IMG/VR virus record: IMGVR_UViG_3300033067_001629
Coordinates: 1 to 45,076 of that record
DNA from: a virus
Lineage: Duplodnaviria > Caudoviricetes
Direction: 5' to 3' (one strand)
DNA: 45,076 nt
Each line of letters begins with the position of its first letter. Positions within the stretch are counted from its first letter, which is position 1. The notes beneath the pieces are model-generated. The model had not been told where the DNA came from, did no database searches, and worked only from the letters and a program-made list of their open reading frames with translations. This document shows positions 8,885-18,806 of the stretch, in pieces. The translations under genes and the position numbers were made by a program.

Positions 8885-9859
8885 ATGGCAACCTACGAAC
8901 TACCAATATCCTCACCGCTCACCGAATCTGGCGATGATGTCTACTGCAAGCCGACCGACAGTGATTTTGCTGGTGGTGGCACGTGGGTGACTAGCATAGT
9001 TGCAGCAACCGAAGTTGAGGACACCAACGTATATCTGGCAACTCTCGACGAAACCAAAGGTTATTTGGCTTATCTCAATGGATCGTTCAATTCATTTACG
9101 GCAAACGCTGGAACAGACGTTTTCACTGACAACTCCCATGGACTAGTCAACGGTGACGCGCTTCGGTTTAAGGGGACAGACCTACCGGCACCGCTAGAGC
9201 AATCGACGATTTATTACGTGCGAGATGCCACTACCAACACTTTCAAAGTGGCAGCAACGGCAGGTGGTGCTGCTATTGATATCACCGACGTCGGCAGCGG
9301 TACGATGGTGTACGTGGCACCAAGCCAGAGGAGTAAAGCCGCCGATGTGTTCTTGGGGACAGTGCCTGTTAGAGCCATTCCCGATATGGTTGGCGAGGCT
9401 GAGATTAGCGAAATCTTGGCACAACTCGATGTGATCCAGGCGAAAACGGATTTGATAGGGACAGGTAACGCGACAACAACAGCGCCAGTAACACTCAGTG
9501 GGACGATTCCATTTTTAGTTCGCGGTGACGACTATATGTCTGAATCGACTGCAATAAAAACAACAGTATCAGCTCCCGGCGATGCTGGGTCAGCGGCTAG
9601 TTGTTCCGCTGTTTTTGCAGGGTATAGCGAAGCACATAAAACCGGCTGGAAAATAACAGGTGGAACAGTTACCGACTTGGGCGGTGGGCAATGGGAGTTA
9701 AAGTCTTTTATGCCATCATCAGCTACAATCCCCTGCAAGCCAGGCTGTAAATATGAATGGACCCACACCCTGGTTGACGCAAGCGGGGAAATTCGCACGC
9801 AAAAAAATGGGGTAACTAAGCTAATTGACGGTTATGCTGTAGCTCGTTACGAAGAATAA
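8885..9859 (+). CDS. Virion protein carrying the same ~75-aa repeat module
   Basis: FTANAGTDVF...HGLVNGD...LPAPL...YYVRD...TFKVA...IDITDVGSG; RGDDY motif. Confidence 0.7.
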   Translation: MATYELPISSPLTESGDDVYCKPTDSDFAGGGTWVTSIVAATEVEDTNVYLATLDETKGYLAYLNGSFNSFTANAGTDVFTDNSHGLVNGDALRFKGTDLPAPLEQSTIYYVRDATTNTFKVAATAGGAAIDITDVGSGTMVYVAPSQRSKAADVFLGTVPVRAIPDMVGEAEISEILAQLDVIQAKTDLIGTGNATTTAPVTLSGTIPFLVRGDDYMSESTAIKTTVSAPGDAGSAASCSAVFAGYSEAHKTGWKITGGTVTDLGGGQWELKSFMPSSATIPCKPGCKYEWTHTLVDASGEIRTQKNGVTKLIDGYAVARYEE

Positions 9860-9919
9860 CCTAACGGTAGTTTTGGCATAAATTTTTGATCAAAATTTGC
9901 AAACATAACACGGTGAATC

Positions 9920-10213
9920 ATGGCACTTTCCGCAACAAAAAACAGAATTACTACAACCGGAACTGGTGCTTCTGATTCGATTTTCCTTGAAGAAAAGGAA
10001 AACGGGCTTCTTTGGACGCTTTCGGCTTCTTCTTCTTCGTGGGGTGATACCGATTTGCAAATTTCTGGTGATGGCACAAACTGGGGTGATGCGCGAGACG
10101 CTTCTGGTGTTGTCAATTTCACTGCAAATAAATCGGTTATCGTCCCTGGAAATATGCATTATCGGTTAGACGTAAACACTCACACCGCCGCAATCACATT
10201 GCTTGCCAAATAG
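9920..10213 (+). CDS. Hypothetical small beta-rich virion protein
   Basis: LQISGDGTNW motif; context. Confidence 0.6.
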   Translation: MALSATKNRITTTGTGASDSIFLEEKENGLLWTLSASSSSWGDTDLQISGDGTNWGDARDASGVVNFTANKSVIVPGNMHYRLDVNTHTAAITLLAK

Positions 10214-10230
10214 TCACCATCGGCTGATTC

Positions 10231-10860
10231 ATGCTATCTGAAATCCTCAGCCAACCGGACCGGGCAATCCTCGCGCTTGAATGCAAACTAGCAATCGCTA
10301 AAGGCCAGCGGCCGCCGATCGAAGGGCACAAAAAGCTGGTCGATTGGTACGATCAGCAAATTGCCGTTTCCGTCATGTCACAAATGCCGCGCACGCTTTA
10401 TAGCAAGTTAAGTGCTCGGCAATCTCAGGTGATAAACAGCCAGGCCGACGCATTTGGGATTCCAATTAGCGCGAATTCAAACGTGGATTTGTTTCGCGTG
10501 ATCCAGTGGTTGCATAATTTCGTCGGCGAATGGGGGCCCAAAATCCGCTCAGGGAAAATGGAGCGGGATCGGCTGAGCGAGCTGGCCGAGAAAAAAATCG
10601 AAGCTGAAATTGAAGTTATCAACAACAAGTTGACTGCGTTACAGCTAGACAACGAGAAGAAGCGCGGCGCGGCGGTGCCGATAACTGAGGTACGTACAGC
10701 ATTCACCTGGCTGAGCACCGAATGGCGGAAGTTTGGCGAGCGATTGGGGAAGAAATTTGGGCCGGATTCGCAACGGTTTCTGAATGAGTTTTTAGAGCGA
10801 ATCGAAGTTGATTCTAAAAATCACATGGTGGGCACGAAGCCACAAGGTGAAACAGAATGA
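10231..10860 (+). CDS. terS: Terminase small subunit (Nu1-like)
   Basis: Directly upstream of TerL with ATGA overlap; coiled coil ending LDNEKKRGAAVPITEV. Confidence 0.65.
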   Translation: MLSEILSQPDRAILALECKLAIAKGQRPPIEGHKKLVDWYDQQIAVSVMSQMPRTLYSKLSARQSQVINSQADAFGIPISANSNVDLFRVIQWLHNFVGEWGPKIRSGKMERDRLSELAEKKIEAEIEVINNKLTALQLDNEKKRGAAVPITEVRTAFTWLSTEWRKFGERLGKKFGPDSQRFLNEFLERIEVDSKNHMVGTKPQGETE

Positions 10861-12815
10861 CCGCTGACGCTATCCCGTTTAGTCATCCAGGGTTGTTAGG
10901 TGAACTTTCCCTGGCTGCCTTTCGCGCACGTACTAAACCCATCAGGACCATGCGAAAGTGGGCTGAAGATGAGCTAATCATTCCCAATGGTCCTTTTGCT
11001 GATGAGAATTTTTCAGTTAAAAACCAGCCGATTCTAGGTTTACTTCTGGATGAGTTTGATAGCGGGCGTTGGGTTGAAAAATACACAACAGGCCCGAGCC
11101 AATCAGCTAAGACTTTTGGTTGTTGGTTCATCCCGATCGCTTACCACATTGCCGAAATTGGCGAAGATGTGGTTGCCGGTGTGCCTGATATGCGAATGGC
11201 TGACAATAAATGGCAAGAGGATTTGTTGGTTGCGTTTAAGGCATCGCCGACGCTCAGGCGGTTGTTGCCGAAAGCTGGACCGGGGAGCGAAGGAGGCAAG
11301 GTCAACGACGTAATCCGGTTTGAAAACGGAACCACTTTGAAATGGATGAGTCGAAGTGGTTCCGATCAATCCAAGGCTGGTTTTACAGCCAGGGTGGTGG
11401 CCGTTACTGAGGCGGCCGGCTTTTCCACCTCCACCGAAACATCCGTTGAGGCCGAGCCGCTAAAGCAGATTGAAGCACGTCAGCGGGCTTGGGATTATCC
11501 AGACCGCTGCACTTACATCGAAGGCACGTTGACGATCCCAGAGCAATTACCATGGGCAGCCAGGGAGGATAGTAGCCAATCGCGGATCGTTTCGCCTTGC
11601 CCACATTGCGGATCGTGGATTTCGCCAGAGCGGCAACACTTGCTTGGCTGGCAGTCAGCTCTGACCGAATTGGAGGCCGAAGAAAAGGCCCATTGGATTT
11701 GCCCGCGGTGCCATGAACAAATTGACGACGATTTGCGCCGCATGTCGGTCATGGATTGCCAAATTTTGCACGGCGATCAGCAAATTAACAAACGCGGGGA
11801 AATTTCAGGGCCCATGCCACCGACGCGTCGTTTATTTTTCCACTGGCAAGCCTGGCATAATATGTTTGTTTCAACGGCATCACTTGGTCGGGAAGAATGG
11901 GAGGCATCACGCAAGCCGGAAGATTCACCAGAAAGGCAGTCGGCTGAGCGCGAGTTATGCCAGTTTGTGCATGGCCAGTGCTATGAATCCCAAATGATTG
12001 ACACGCTCGAGCTCGATCCCAAGAAAGTGGCCGGACGCCGGCGCGGATTCTCGCGCGGGATGCTTCCACACGACACCCAGTTCGTCACGATCGGTGTGGA
12101 TTTGGGTAAGTATCAGGGTTGGTGGTTCGCCTTGGCATTTCGCGAAAATGGTCAGATTCATTGCTTTGATTTTGGCTCGTTTGATATTCCCAGCGATACA
12201 GAACCGACCATAGACGATGCAATTTGCAAGGCTTTGACCGGATTTGCGGATATTTGCGATAGTGGGTGGGCCCGGTCAGGCACTTCTGAGTTGTTTTCAC
12301 CCGACCAGATTTGGATTGACGCGGGTTACAAGCCGGGCGGGGTGTTCAAATTCATCCGTTCGTGCGGGCGGCACAGTGCCAAAAAATCGCGATATTTCCC
12401 AATAGTTGGCCGCGGTACCGGGCAAATGCAGCGGATTTACGAAGCACCGAAAACCGTTGGCGGCCGGATCATCCAGGTGGGTAGCCGTTGGCACGTTAGC
12501 CAGGTGCCAAAATATTTTGCCTATGAAATTTTCGTTGATGCTGACCATTGGAAGGATGAACTGCACAACAACCTGGCGATCCATCCAGACACGCCGGGGG
12601 CCATCGGATTTTTTCAAGCTACCGGCCGGGATCTCGAGCGCGTGGCACGACACCTGACCAATGAAAAGCGAATGACCGAATTTGTGGCCGGCAAGGGTGA
12701 GGTGACAAAATGGGTCAGGTTAGGCCAACAACACTGGTTGGACGCGGCCTATCTTGCTCGGGCTGCTGGTGATAGGTGCGGTTGGGCTCCACCAGCACCA
12801 AAGGCAGCCGAATAG
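10857..12815 (+). CDS. terL: Terminase large subunit, lambda GpA family
   Basis: KWAEDELIIP, Walker A-like GPSQSAKT, CPHC/CPRC, TIGVDLG, IWIDAG, HWLDA nuclease motifs. Confidence 0.9.
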   Translation: MTADAIPFSHPGLLGELSLAAFRARTKPIRTMRKWAEDELIIPNGPFADENFSVKNQPILGLLLDEFDSGRWVEKYTTGPSQSAKTFGCWFIPIAYHIAEIGEDVVAGVPDMRMADNKWQEDLLVAFKASPTLRRLLPKAGPGSEGGKVNDVIRFENGTTLKWMSRSGSDQSKAGFTARVVAVTEAAGFSTSTETSVEAEPLKQIEARQRAWDYPDRCTYIEGTLTIPEQLPWAAREDSSQSRIVSPCPHCGSWISPERQHLLGWQSALTELEAEEKAHWICPRCHEQIDDDLRRMSVMDCQILHGDQQINKRGEISGPMPPTRRLFFHWQAWHNMFVSTASLGREEWEASRKPEDSPERQSAERELCQFVHGQCYESQMIDTLELDPKKVAGRRRGFSRGMLPHDTQFVTIGVDLGKYQGWWFALAFRENGQIHCFDFGSFDIPSDTEPTIDDAICKALTGFADICDSGWARSGTSELFSPDQIWIDAGYKPGGVFKFIRSCGRHSAKKSRYFPIVGRGTGQMQRIYEAPKTVGGRIIQVGSRWHVSQVPKYFAYEIFVDADHWKDELHNNLAIHPDTPGAIGFFQATGRDLERVARHLTNEKRMTEFVAGKGEVTKWVRLGQQHWLDAAYLARAAGDRCGWAPPAPKAAE

Positions 12816-12838
12816 GGGTATCCTCCCCTGGCTGCGTT

Positions 12839-12844
12839 TATAAT
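12839..12844 (+). promoter_or_regulatory. Perfect -10 box (TATAAT) 7 nt before ATG 12852
   Basis: Intergenic TATAAT; no SD before the ATG; CCCTGGCTG motif at 12826-12834. Confidence 0.45.
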
Positions 12845-12851
12845 CGCGACC

Positions 12852-13157
12852 ATGGCCGGAAGCGAAATTACCACATCTGAAATCAACGCCCTAATGAATG
12901 AGGCAGTCACCGCGCTAGGCGCTAGTGATTTTGCCACGGCGTACACCAAGGCATTGCAGGCCCAAGGGCTGATGTTGGCCAAGCCGCGCAGTAATTTTGA
13001 CCGGGATGAGCTCGAATGGTATCCCGAGAAAATTGACGCTTTTTTGAATCGCATTCAAGAGCTAAAGCGGTCGGCTAGTGGTTCGATAAGTGGCTCGCTA
13101 GTTCAAATTCCGGTACGGCGTAAAAGCAGCAATTTGCGGGACTATGACGAATGCTAA
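12852..13157 (+). CDS. Head completion protein (gpW-position)
   Basis: Small gene between TerL and portal as in lambda. Confidence 0.55.
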   Translation: MAGSEITTSEINALMNEAVTALGASDFATAYTKALQAQGLMLAKPRSNFDRDELEWYPEKIDAFLNRIQELKRSASGSISGSLVQIPVRRKSSNLRDYDEC

Positions 13158-14659
13158 ACGCCCTGAAAAATATGTTTTGGGGTGCTTCTGGTTCTCCCAA
13201 AGTTACTGTTTCTGGTGGTCTAGCGCGGGATGTGCGCGATGGCACAGAGGCCAGAAACTGGGAAGCGGCCGACACGACCGAAGAAAATAAAGATCAATGG
13301 CTGCGGGCTGATGGTCGGTCGATCAATGAAATTTTGATAGAAAGTTTGCACGATGTGATTGCCCGCGCGACGCTTGAAGCTCGCCGCAATCCAACGGTGG
13401 AAGGTGTCATCAAGTCGCACGCCTGCGATGTGGTTGGGGACGAGGGCCCTGGCTTGCAGATGATGACCGAGGATGACGCTTGGAATCGTGAAGCGGAAGC
13501 CGTTTGGAACGAAATTGCAGGGCAAATCGACGGTTCTGGGCAACTTTCCCTGGGTGAATGGTTGCGCCAGGATATGTACCAATCGTGGATTTCCGGCGAT
13601 ATGATTTGCCAGATCGTGGATGATCGAGAAGCCCAGACGGTTGTAAAAACGCGGATCCATCCCATCAACCCAATGCGAATGCGGTCCCCATACGTTGGCA
13701 ATACCATTCCAAATTTGATGTTGGGCGTGGAGCGCAACAACCTAAATCGGCCGCGCGGCTACCATTTCGTGGATGAAGTGCGCGACGAATACGGCTTTAC
13801 GAGCTGGACAACAACCCGAATTCCGGCCCGCGATATTCTGCATTTTTTCGAATCGTTGGAGCCTGGTCAGGTTCGAGGTTGGCCACGGATCGCAAGTTGT
13901 TTGCAGGCTGTATCCGACCTGCGGGAATACGACAACGCGGTGCTCGACGCTGCCAAAGTGCAAGCAATGATGGCCGTGATAATGTCCACGATGAATCCGA
14001 ATGTGGAGCCAGAAGAATCTCCGGCTGATTTTCGATTGAAAAAAATGGGCATTACGCGGGCTCCGGTTGGTTGGAATTTAAATTCTCTGCAAACCAGCCA
14101 CCCCAACGCACAGAATAGCGAATTTCGCAAGGAAAGATCGCGCGATCTTGGTCGTCCGGCTGGTATGCCGCTGATGCAAATCCGCCTGGATTCGTCTGGC
14201 CACAACTACAGCTCAGCACGTTTTGACGCTCAAACATACCAAAAGGCAAATCGAATCATCCAGGGTTCGCTAGGCCGCCATCGCGTTTATCCGGTGGTGC
14301 AATTGGTCCTAGTCGAAGCCATGCAAAAGGGGATTTTGCGTCCAAGATTGTTCAGTAAAAACGAAGTCAAATTTCGTTGGCCACAACCGCCGCACGTTGA
14401 TCCAGTGAAAGAAGCGATGGCCGAGCGAATCCGCATGGAAAACCGCACACTCAGCCCACAAGACGCATGTAGTTCTTACAACCTGGATTTTGACAAAGTT
14501 GCGAAAGATTGGGCTTTGGCCAATAAAATCCTTGAAGAAAACGGAATGCCTCCATTGCTGGGTGGCATCCCTACTGACCTGGCTGAACTGGCCACATTCT
14601 TGAATCCTGACCCGGAGCCGGACAATGAAGACAGCACAAATGAAACGTCTGCAGCGTAG
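13151..14659 (+). CDS. Portal protein, lambda family
   Basis: RRNPTVEG, LGVE, ILHFF...PGQVRGWP, NYSSAR, PHVDPVKEA. Confidence 0.92.
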   Translation: MLNALKNMFWGASGSPKVTVSGGLARDVRDGTEARNWEAADTTEENKDQWLRADGRSINEILIESLHDVIARATLEARRNPTVEGVIKSHACDVVGDEGPGLQMMTEDDAWNREAEAVWNEIAGQIDGSGQLSLGEWLRQDMYQSWISGDMICQIVDDREAQTVVKTRIHPINPMRMRSPYVGNTIPNLMLGVERNNLNRPRGYHFVDEVRDEYGFTSWTTTRIPARDILHFFESLEPGQVRGWPRIASCLQAVSDLREYDNAVLDAAKVQAMMAVIMSTMNPNVEPEESPADFRLKKMGITRAPVGWNLNSLQTSHPNAQNSEFRKERSRDLGRPAGMPLMQIRLDSSGHNYSSARFDAQTYQKANRIIQGSLGRHRVYPVVQLVLVEAMQKGILRPRLFSKNEVKFRWPQPPHVDPVKEAMAERIRMENRTLSPQDACSSYNLDFDKVAKDWALANKILEENGMPPLLGGIPTDLAELATFLNPDPEPDNEDSTNETSAA

Positions 14660-17051
14660 GCGAGAAAAGAAAGAAAATCGGCTTATCAACCGTGTTCGTT
14701 CCGCGCCGGCAGTCGATGGAATGCTCTATCGTTCGTCTGCTCTTGGCACCGTCAACGAAGAGGAAAGGACCGTAGTTGCTACGCTCTCCACTGAGCAGCC
14801 TGTTGGCATGTGGGACTACCGCACACGATCCGTGATCGATGAAGTTTTATTGGCTAGCGGTGGGCGATTCCCTGAGCGAATGCCCATGTTGGACGACCAT
14901 TCACGCTGGGGGGCAAATTCAGTTCGTGGATCGATCCGCAATCCGATTAACAACGGTGATCGTTGGCGCGGAACTCTGCATTTTGCTAGAAATGCCGGTC
15001 AAGAAATTGACAATAGCTGGGAGTTGGTTCGCCAGGGCCATTTGACTGATGTTTCGATCGGCTACGGCTACGCTGATGGCGATTACGTTGATATTCAGCC
15101 TGGGCAATCAAAAAGCATCCAGGGGAGAAACTTCACGGCTGGTCGCAATCGCATCATGCGAGTGGTTACAAGTTGGTCCGCTCGCGAGGCGTCCATTACA
15201 CCTATTGGCGCTGACGATCAGGCCAAGATTGGGCGCAGTGGGGGTAAGGTAGAAAATTCTGATTTATCATTTGGGTACGAGGTGGGCGAAAACTTCGATC
15301 GCAACAGTGCCCCAATTCAACGCACAGAGGGAAGTATGAATTATCTAAGTTGGTTACACGCACGCGGGATGGATTCAGCCATTACCGAACAAGCCGCCGC
15401 ACTTGATTGGGCACGCAACAACCTGGCTGGCGATCTTCTGAATCAATTCACTGGCATTTGCCGAGCCGAAAACATCACTTTCGAGACTCGCGCTGTTACG
15501 GCAACGCCAGCCACCACCACACAAACAGCATCGGCTGCACAACCGGCTGCGGATCAAGTGCAGTCAGTTGCCACTACCCTGGTTGCTGGCCGTAGCAGCG
15601 TTGACTATTTCGCTGAAGCACGCGAGCGAGCCGCTTATATCAGCCAGGTTGGTGAAGGAATTCCATCCGAAGTTCGCCAGCGAGCCATTGATGAAGGCTG
15701 GGACGTTACACGAATCAATAGCGAATTCCGCACCGCACGCACCGCACGCAGTGAGCCAATTTCAGGCCACGCGCCAGCCGGTCACGTTGTCAATCGCACA
15801 CTTTCTGCCCGATCGTTACAAGCCGCAATTTTGGTTCGATCAGGAATTGAAATCGATAACCCGATGTTGCGATCAACCCAAGCTCAGCACGTTTTGGGCG
15901 ATCGCACTTTGTTTGGTTACAACGAGCGCACCGAAGCGACTTGGCTGGTAAATCACAGCCGATCGCTACAGCAAGGCGGCCCGACTCGCGACGAATCGGC
16001 AGCCCGCGCCGTCGATCAAGCCGCCGGACTTCGCCGTATGAGCTTGGTTGATATGTGCCGAGCTGCCTTGGAAATTGAAGGGATTACTCACAGTTCATAC
16101 GATCCACAAGAAATTGTATTTCGGGCATTTAGCACAGCCACGCTAAATGCGGTGTTTACCACAAATTTTGCCGCAACTATGCTGGCTGGATTCATGGACG
16201 CGCCTGACACAACCGCAGGCTGGACTGCTGAGGCTGACTTGCCAAACTTCCAAACGGTTGAACGCATCCAGGTTGGTAAAACTTCCAAGATGAAGCGGAC
16301 TGATCGCCACGAAAAAGCTGGCGATGTTGACGCTGAAGCCGTTCTGGAATCGTACAAGCTGCATCGTTATGCTGGTAACTTTGTGGTTGACGAAATGGAC
16401 ATCATCGATGATCGGTTCGGTGCTCTTGACCAAATGGCACCGCGCGACATGGGTGAAGCAGCTAGGGTGATTGGTCCTGACTTGGTTTACTCGATTTTGT
16501 TGAGCAATCCAACGATGGGTCAAGACAGTGTGGCATTGTTTGCGACCGCCCACGGTAACTACACGGCTTCCGGTGCTGGTTTGTCGCACGACACCCTGGA
16601 AGCCGCCAAGTCAGCTATGGCTCAGCAAACCAGCAACGGTCGGCTGATTGATGTTCGCGCACAATTCCTGCTGGTTCCTGAAAGCAAGGACTGGACCGCA
16701 CGTCGCATGGTCGGTTCAGCCGAGCTTCGCGACACGACATCTAGCACAGAGTATGGCACCATGAATCCAGCACGTGGGGCATTCACTGTTGTGAGTGATC
16801 CACGGCTAGACGTTGGTGTAATCGATCCAAGCAGTGGAACTAGCAACGCTGGCCAAGCTGGATCGTGGGGCTTGGCAACGGCTCGCGGCCGATACGGCAT
16901 CGAAAAGGGATACTTGGCCGGAACTGGCAAGGCTCCTGTGGTTCGCCGTTACACGCTCAGCGAGGGCCGTATGGGCATTGGCTGGACATCGATCATGTAC
17001 AACGCAGCCAAAGCTGTTGGCTTTCAGGGTTTGAGCTGGCAAAAGACTTAA
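14625..17051 (+). CDS. Prohead protease - scaffold - major capsid fusion
   Basis: Protease motifs LDDHS, LTDVSIGY, EASITPIGAD; C-terminal capsid-like LPNFQ, MDIIDDRFGAL, LFATAHGN, FLLVP, DPRLD, GYLAG; start may be 14640. Confidence 0.85.
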   Translation: MKTAQMKRLQRRREKKENRLINRVRSAPAVDGMLYRSSALGTVNEEERTVVATLSTEQPVGMWDYRTRSVIDEVLLASGGRFPERMPMLDDHSRWGANSVRGSIRNPINNGDRWRGTLHFARNAGQEIDNSWELVRQGHLTDVSIGYGYADGDYVDIQPGQSKSIQGRNFTAGRNRIMRVVTSWSAREASITPIGADDQAKIGRSGGKVENSDLSFGYEVGENFDRNSAPIQRTEGSMNYLSWLHARGMDSAITEQAAALDWARNNLAGDLLNQFTGICRAENITFETRAVTATPATTTQTASAAQPAADQVQSVATTLVAGRSSVDYFAEARERAAYISQVGEGIPSEVRQRAIDEGWDVTRINSEFRTARTARSEPISGHAPAGHVVNRTLSARSLQAAILVRSGIEIDNPMLRSTQAQHVLGDRTLFGYNERTEATWLVNHSRSLQQGGPTRDESAARAVDQAAGLRRMSLVDMCRAALEIEGITHSSYDPQEIVFRAFSTATLNAVFTTNFAATMLAGFMDAPDTTAGWTAEADLPNFQTVERIQVGKTSKMKRTDRHEKAGDVDAEAVLESYKLHRYAGNFVVDEMDIIDDRFGALDQMAPRDMGEAARVIGPDLVYSILLSNPTMGQDSVALFATAHGNYTASGAGLSHDTLEAAKSAMAQQTSNGRLIDVRAQFLLVPESKDWTARRMVGSAELRDTTSSTEYGTMNPARGAFTVVSDPRLDVGVIDPSSGTSNAGQAGSWGLATARGRYGIEKGYLAGTGKAPVVRRYTLSEGRMGIGWTSIMYNAAKAVGFQGLSWQKT

Positions 17052-17111
17052 TTTCTGATTGGTTTGACGTCCTGTTTTTTCAATCAGCAAATTTTATCGC
17101 TCACTAGAAAC

Positions 17112-17663
17112 ATGATGAAAACTTTCGCAATCAGGCTGAAGCAGGAAACTAACATCGAAGGTGTTATTTACCCAGCGGATTTTCAAGTCGCTGCCATAAC
17201 ATCCGAAGTTAGTCCAATGACTTTGCTTGGCCTGATTCAGTTCAAACATGCGATAGTCGAAGAAGTGACCGACTCGCTAGATGATGAGGGCGACGCATCT
17301 GCCGATGATGTTGATAGCACATTAGAGGCCAGCGAGCCGGTCACTACTTCGACCGAAAATGATATTCCTCACGCCGAGGCATCGGTTGCCGCGCCTCCTG
17401 CTAGTGATTCACTCCCACAGCAGGAGGCAGGCAATTCCAATGGTAAGGTTGATGTTTTGGCAGAAGCTGTAGCGGCATTCGTTGCGGCTGGACTGGACCA
17501 CAAAACAGCCGAGGTGCTCGCGATAACAAACCACATCGCCAGCATCGAGGAATTAACCACACTCCTGGCTGATGTTGATTTTAATTTGACTGATTTGGAT
17601 GAAGTTGGCGCGATTCGAGCCGAAAAGATCAGATCGATTTTTTCTACTGTTTCGGCCAACTAG
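17112..17663 (+). CDS. Acidic protein with C-terminal helix-hairpin-helix-like motif
   Basis: LTDLDEVGAIRAEKI; ATG 17112 preferred to track start 17064. Confidence 0.6.
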   Translation: MMKTFAIRLKQETNIEGVIYPADFQVAAITSEVSPMTLLGLIQFKHAIVEEVTDSLDDEGDASADDVDSTLEASEPVTTSTENDIPHAEASVAAPPASDSLPQQEAGNSNGKVDVLAEAVAAFVAAGLDHKTAEVLAITNHIASIEELTTLLADVDFNLTDLDEVGAIRAEKIRSIFSTVSAN

Positions 17664-17717
17664 AATTTGACGCAAAAAACTTTCGCGGTTTTTAACCTGA
17701 CACTTGGAGATTGAAAA

Positions 17718-18401
17718 ATGGCATTACCAGCAGCACGGCCCGCAGGCGACGAGTGCGAATTAAAAATTACAGCCGGTGCCGCGCTTGTGCCTGGACAAGT
17801 AGTGGCAGCTTTCGGCGGTTATGCCGGTGTGGTGCAAGGGACGCAAAACATCGCCAGCGGTGATCCGGTGGTGCTGGCCATTGAAGGTAAGTTTGAGATT
17901 GACTGTGCGACTGGAACAACGGCCAGTGCTGGTGCAGATGCGTTCTACAACACTTCAACAAAACTGGTTGTTACTGCCGGTGGTGCCAATATTATTTGGA
18001 TTGGTGTGTTTGCGGCTGCTAAGACAAGCGGACAACTCAAGGCCACTATCCTGCTGAATGAAGGTTCGTTATCTTCAGTTTCCTGGATGCCAACCGCAGC
18101 ACAGCAAGCACTAAGTGGTGCCGGTGCAATCAACGTCACCACGTTCTACACAGCATGGACCACGACCGCAGCTAATGCAGGTACGCTTGCTGATGGTGTT
18201 CGCGTTGGACAGCTAAAAAAGATCAAGCAAATTGTTGATGGTGGTGACGGGACTCTGACGCCAGTAAATCTAGCCGGTGGAACAACAATTACCTTTGCCG
18301 ACGCTGGCGATTATGTTCTGTTGCTTTGGGATGGTACGGACTGGAACGCGATCGAATTAGGCAACGATGCAGACGGTGCCACAGCTCCTGTTCTAGCCTA
18401 A
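17718..18401 (+). CDS. Capsid cement/decoration protein (DUF2190-like N-terminus) with C-terminal extension
   Basis: SD GGAG; AGAALVPGQVV...AGVV...IASGD...LAIEGKF; position after capsid. Confidence 0.7.
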   Translation: MALPAARPAGDECELKITAGAALVPGQVVAAFGGYAGVVQGTQNIASGDPVVLAIEGKFEIDCATGTTASAGADAFYNTSTKLVVTAGGANIIWIGVFAAAKTSGQLKATILLNEGSLSSVSWMPTAAQQALSGAGAINVTTFYTAWTTTAANAGTLADGVRVGQLKKIKQIVDGGDGTLTPVNLAGGTTITFADAGDYVLLLWDGTDWNAIELGNDADGATAPVLA

Positions 18402-18421
18402 CTCGAAAGGGCTCCGGCCCG

Positions 18422-18775
18422 ATGGGTCACTTTCATTCAGATTATGAAAACGCATCGGCTGACCTGGTTGAATACTATGGTCAGCCGATTTTGTATTTAG
18501 ACAGGTCACTAGATGAGCCTGTTTCGATCGACGCTAAAGTCTACTCAGAAAGACAGCAGCGCCGACAAAATGACTTTGGATGGTACTGGGTGCAAACTCG
18601 CGATGTTGAATTGTTGCGATGTGAGCAGGAAATCAGGTCGGATGGTGTGTTTACGATCTACGGCCGTGATTATGCGATTGACGACATTGGGTTGAAAAAC
18701 GGTGATCGTACGCGGGTAACCCTGGTCAGATCGCAAGCTGGCGAGATTAACCGGCCTGGTTATCGCGGCAATTAG
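18422..18775 (+). CDS. Head-tail joining protein
   Basis: Size and position; FTIYGRDYAIDDI motif; ATG 18422. Confidence 0.6.
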   Translation: MGHFHSDYENASADLVEYYGQPILYLDRSLDEPVSIDAKVYSERQQRRQNDFGWYWVQTRDVELLRCEQEIRSDGVFTIYGRDYAIDDIGLKNGDRTRVTLVRSQAGEINRPGYRGN

Positions 18776-18806
18776 TTTGTGATTGGTAAAGTCAAACAGG
18801 TGAATT

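Noticed and set aside
6683-9320. Diversity-generating retroelement (TR/VR pair) behind the repeated module
   Set aside because: No reverse transcriptase seen; copies diverge at all bases, not only at adenines
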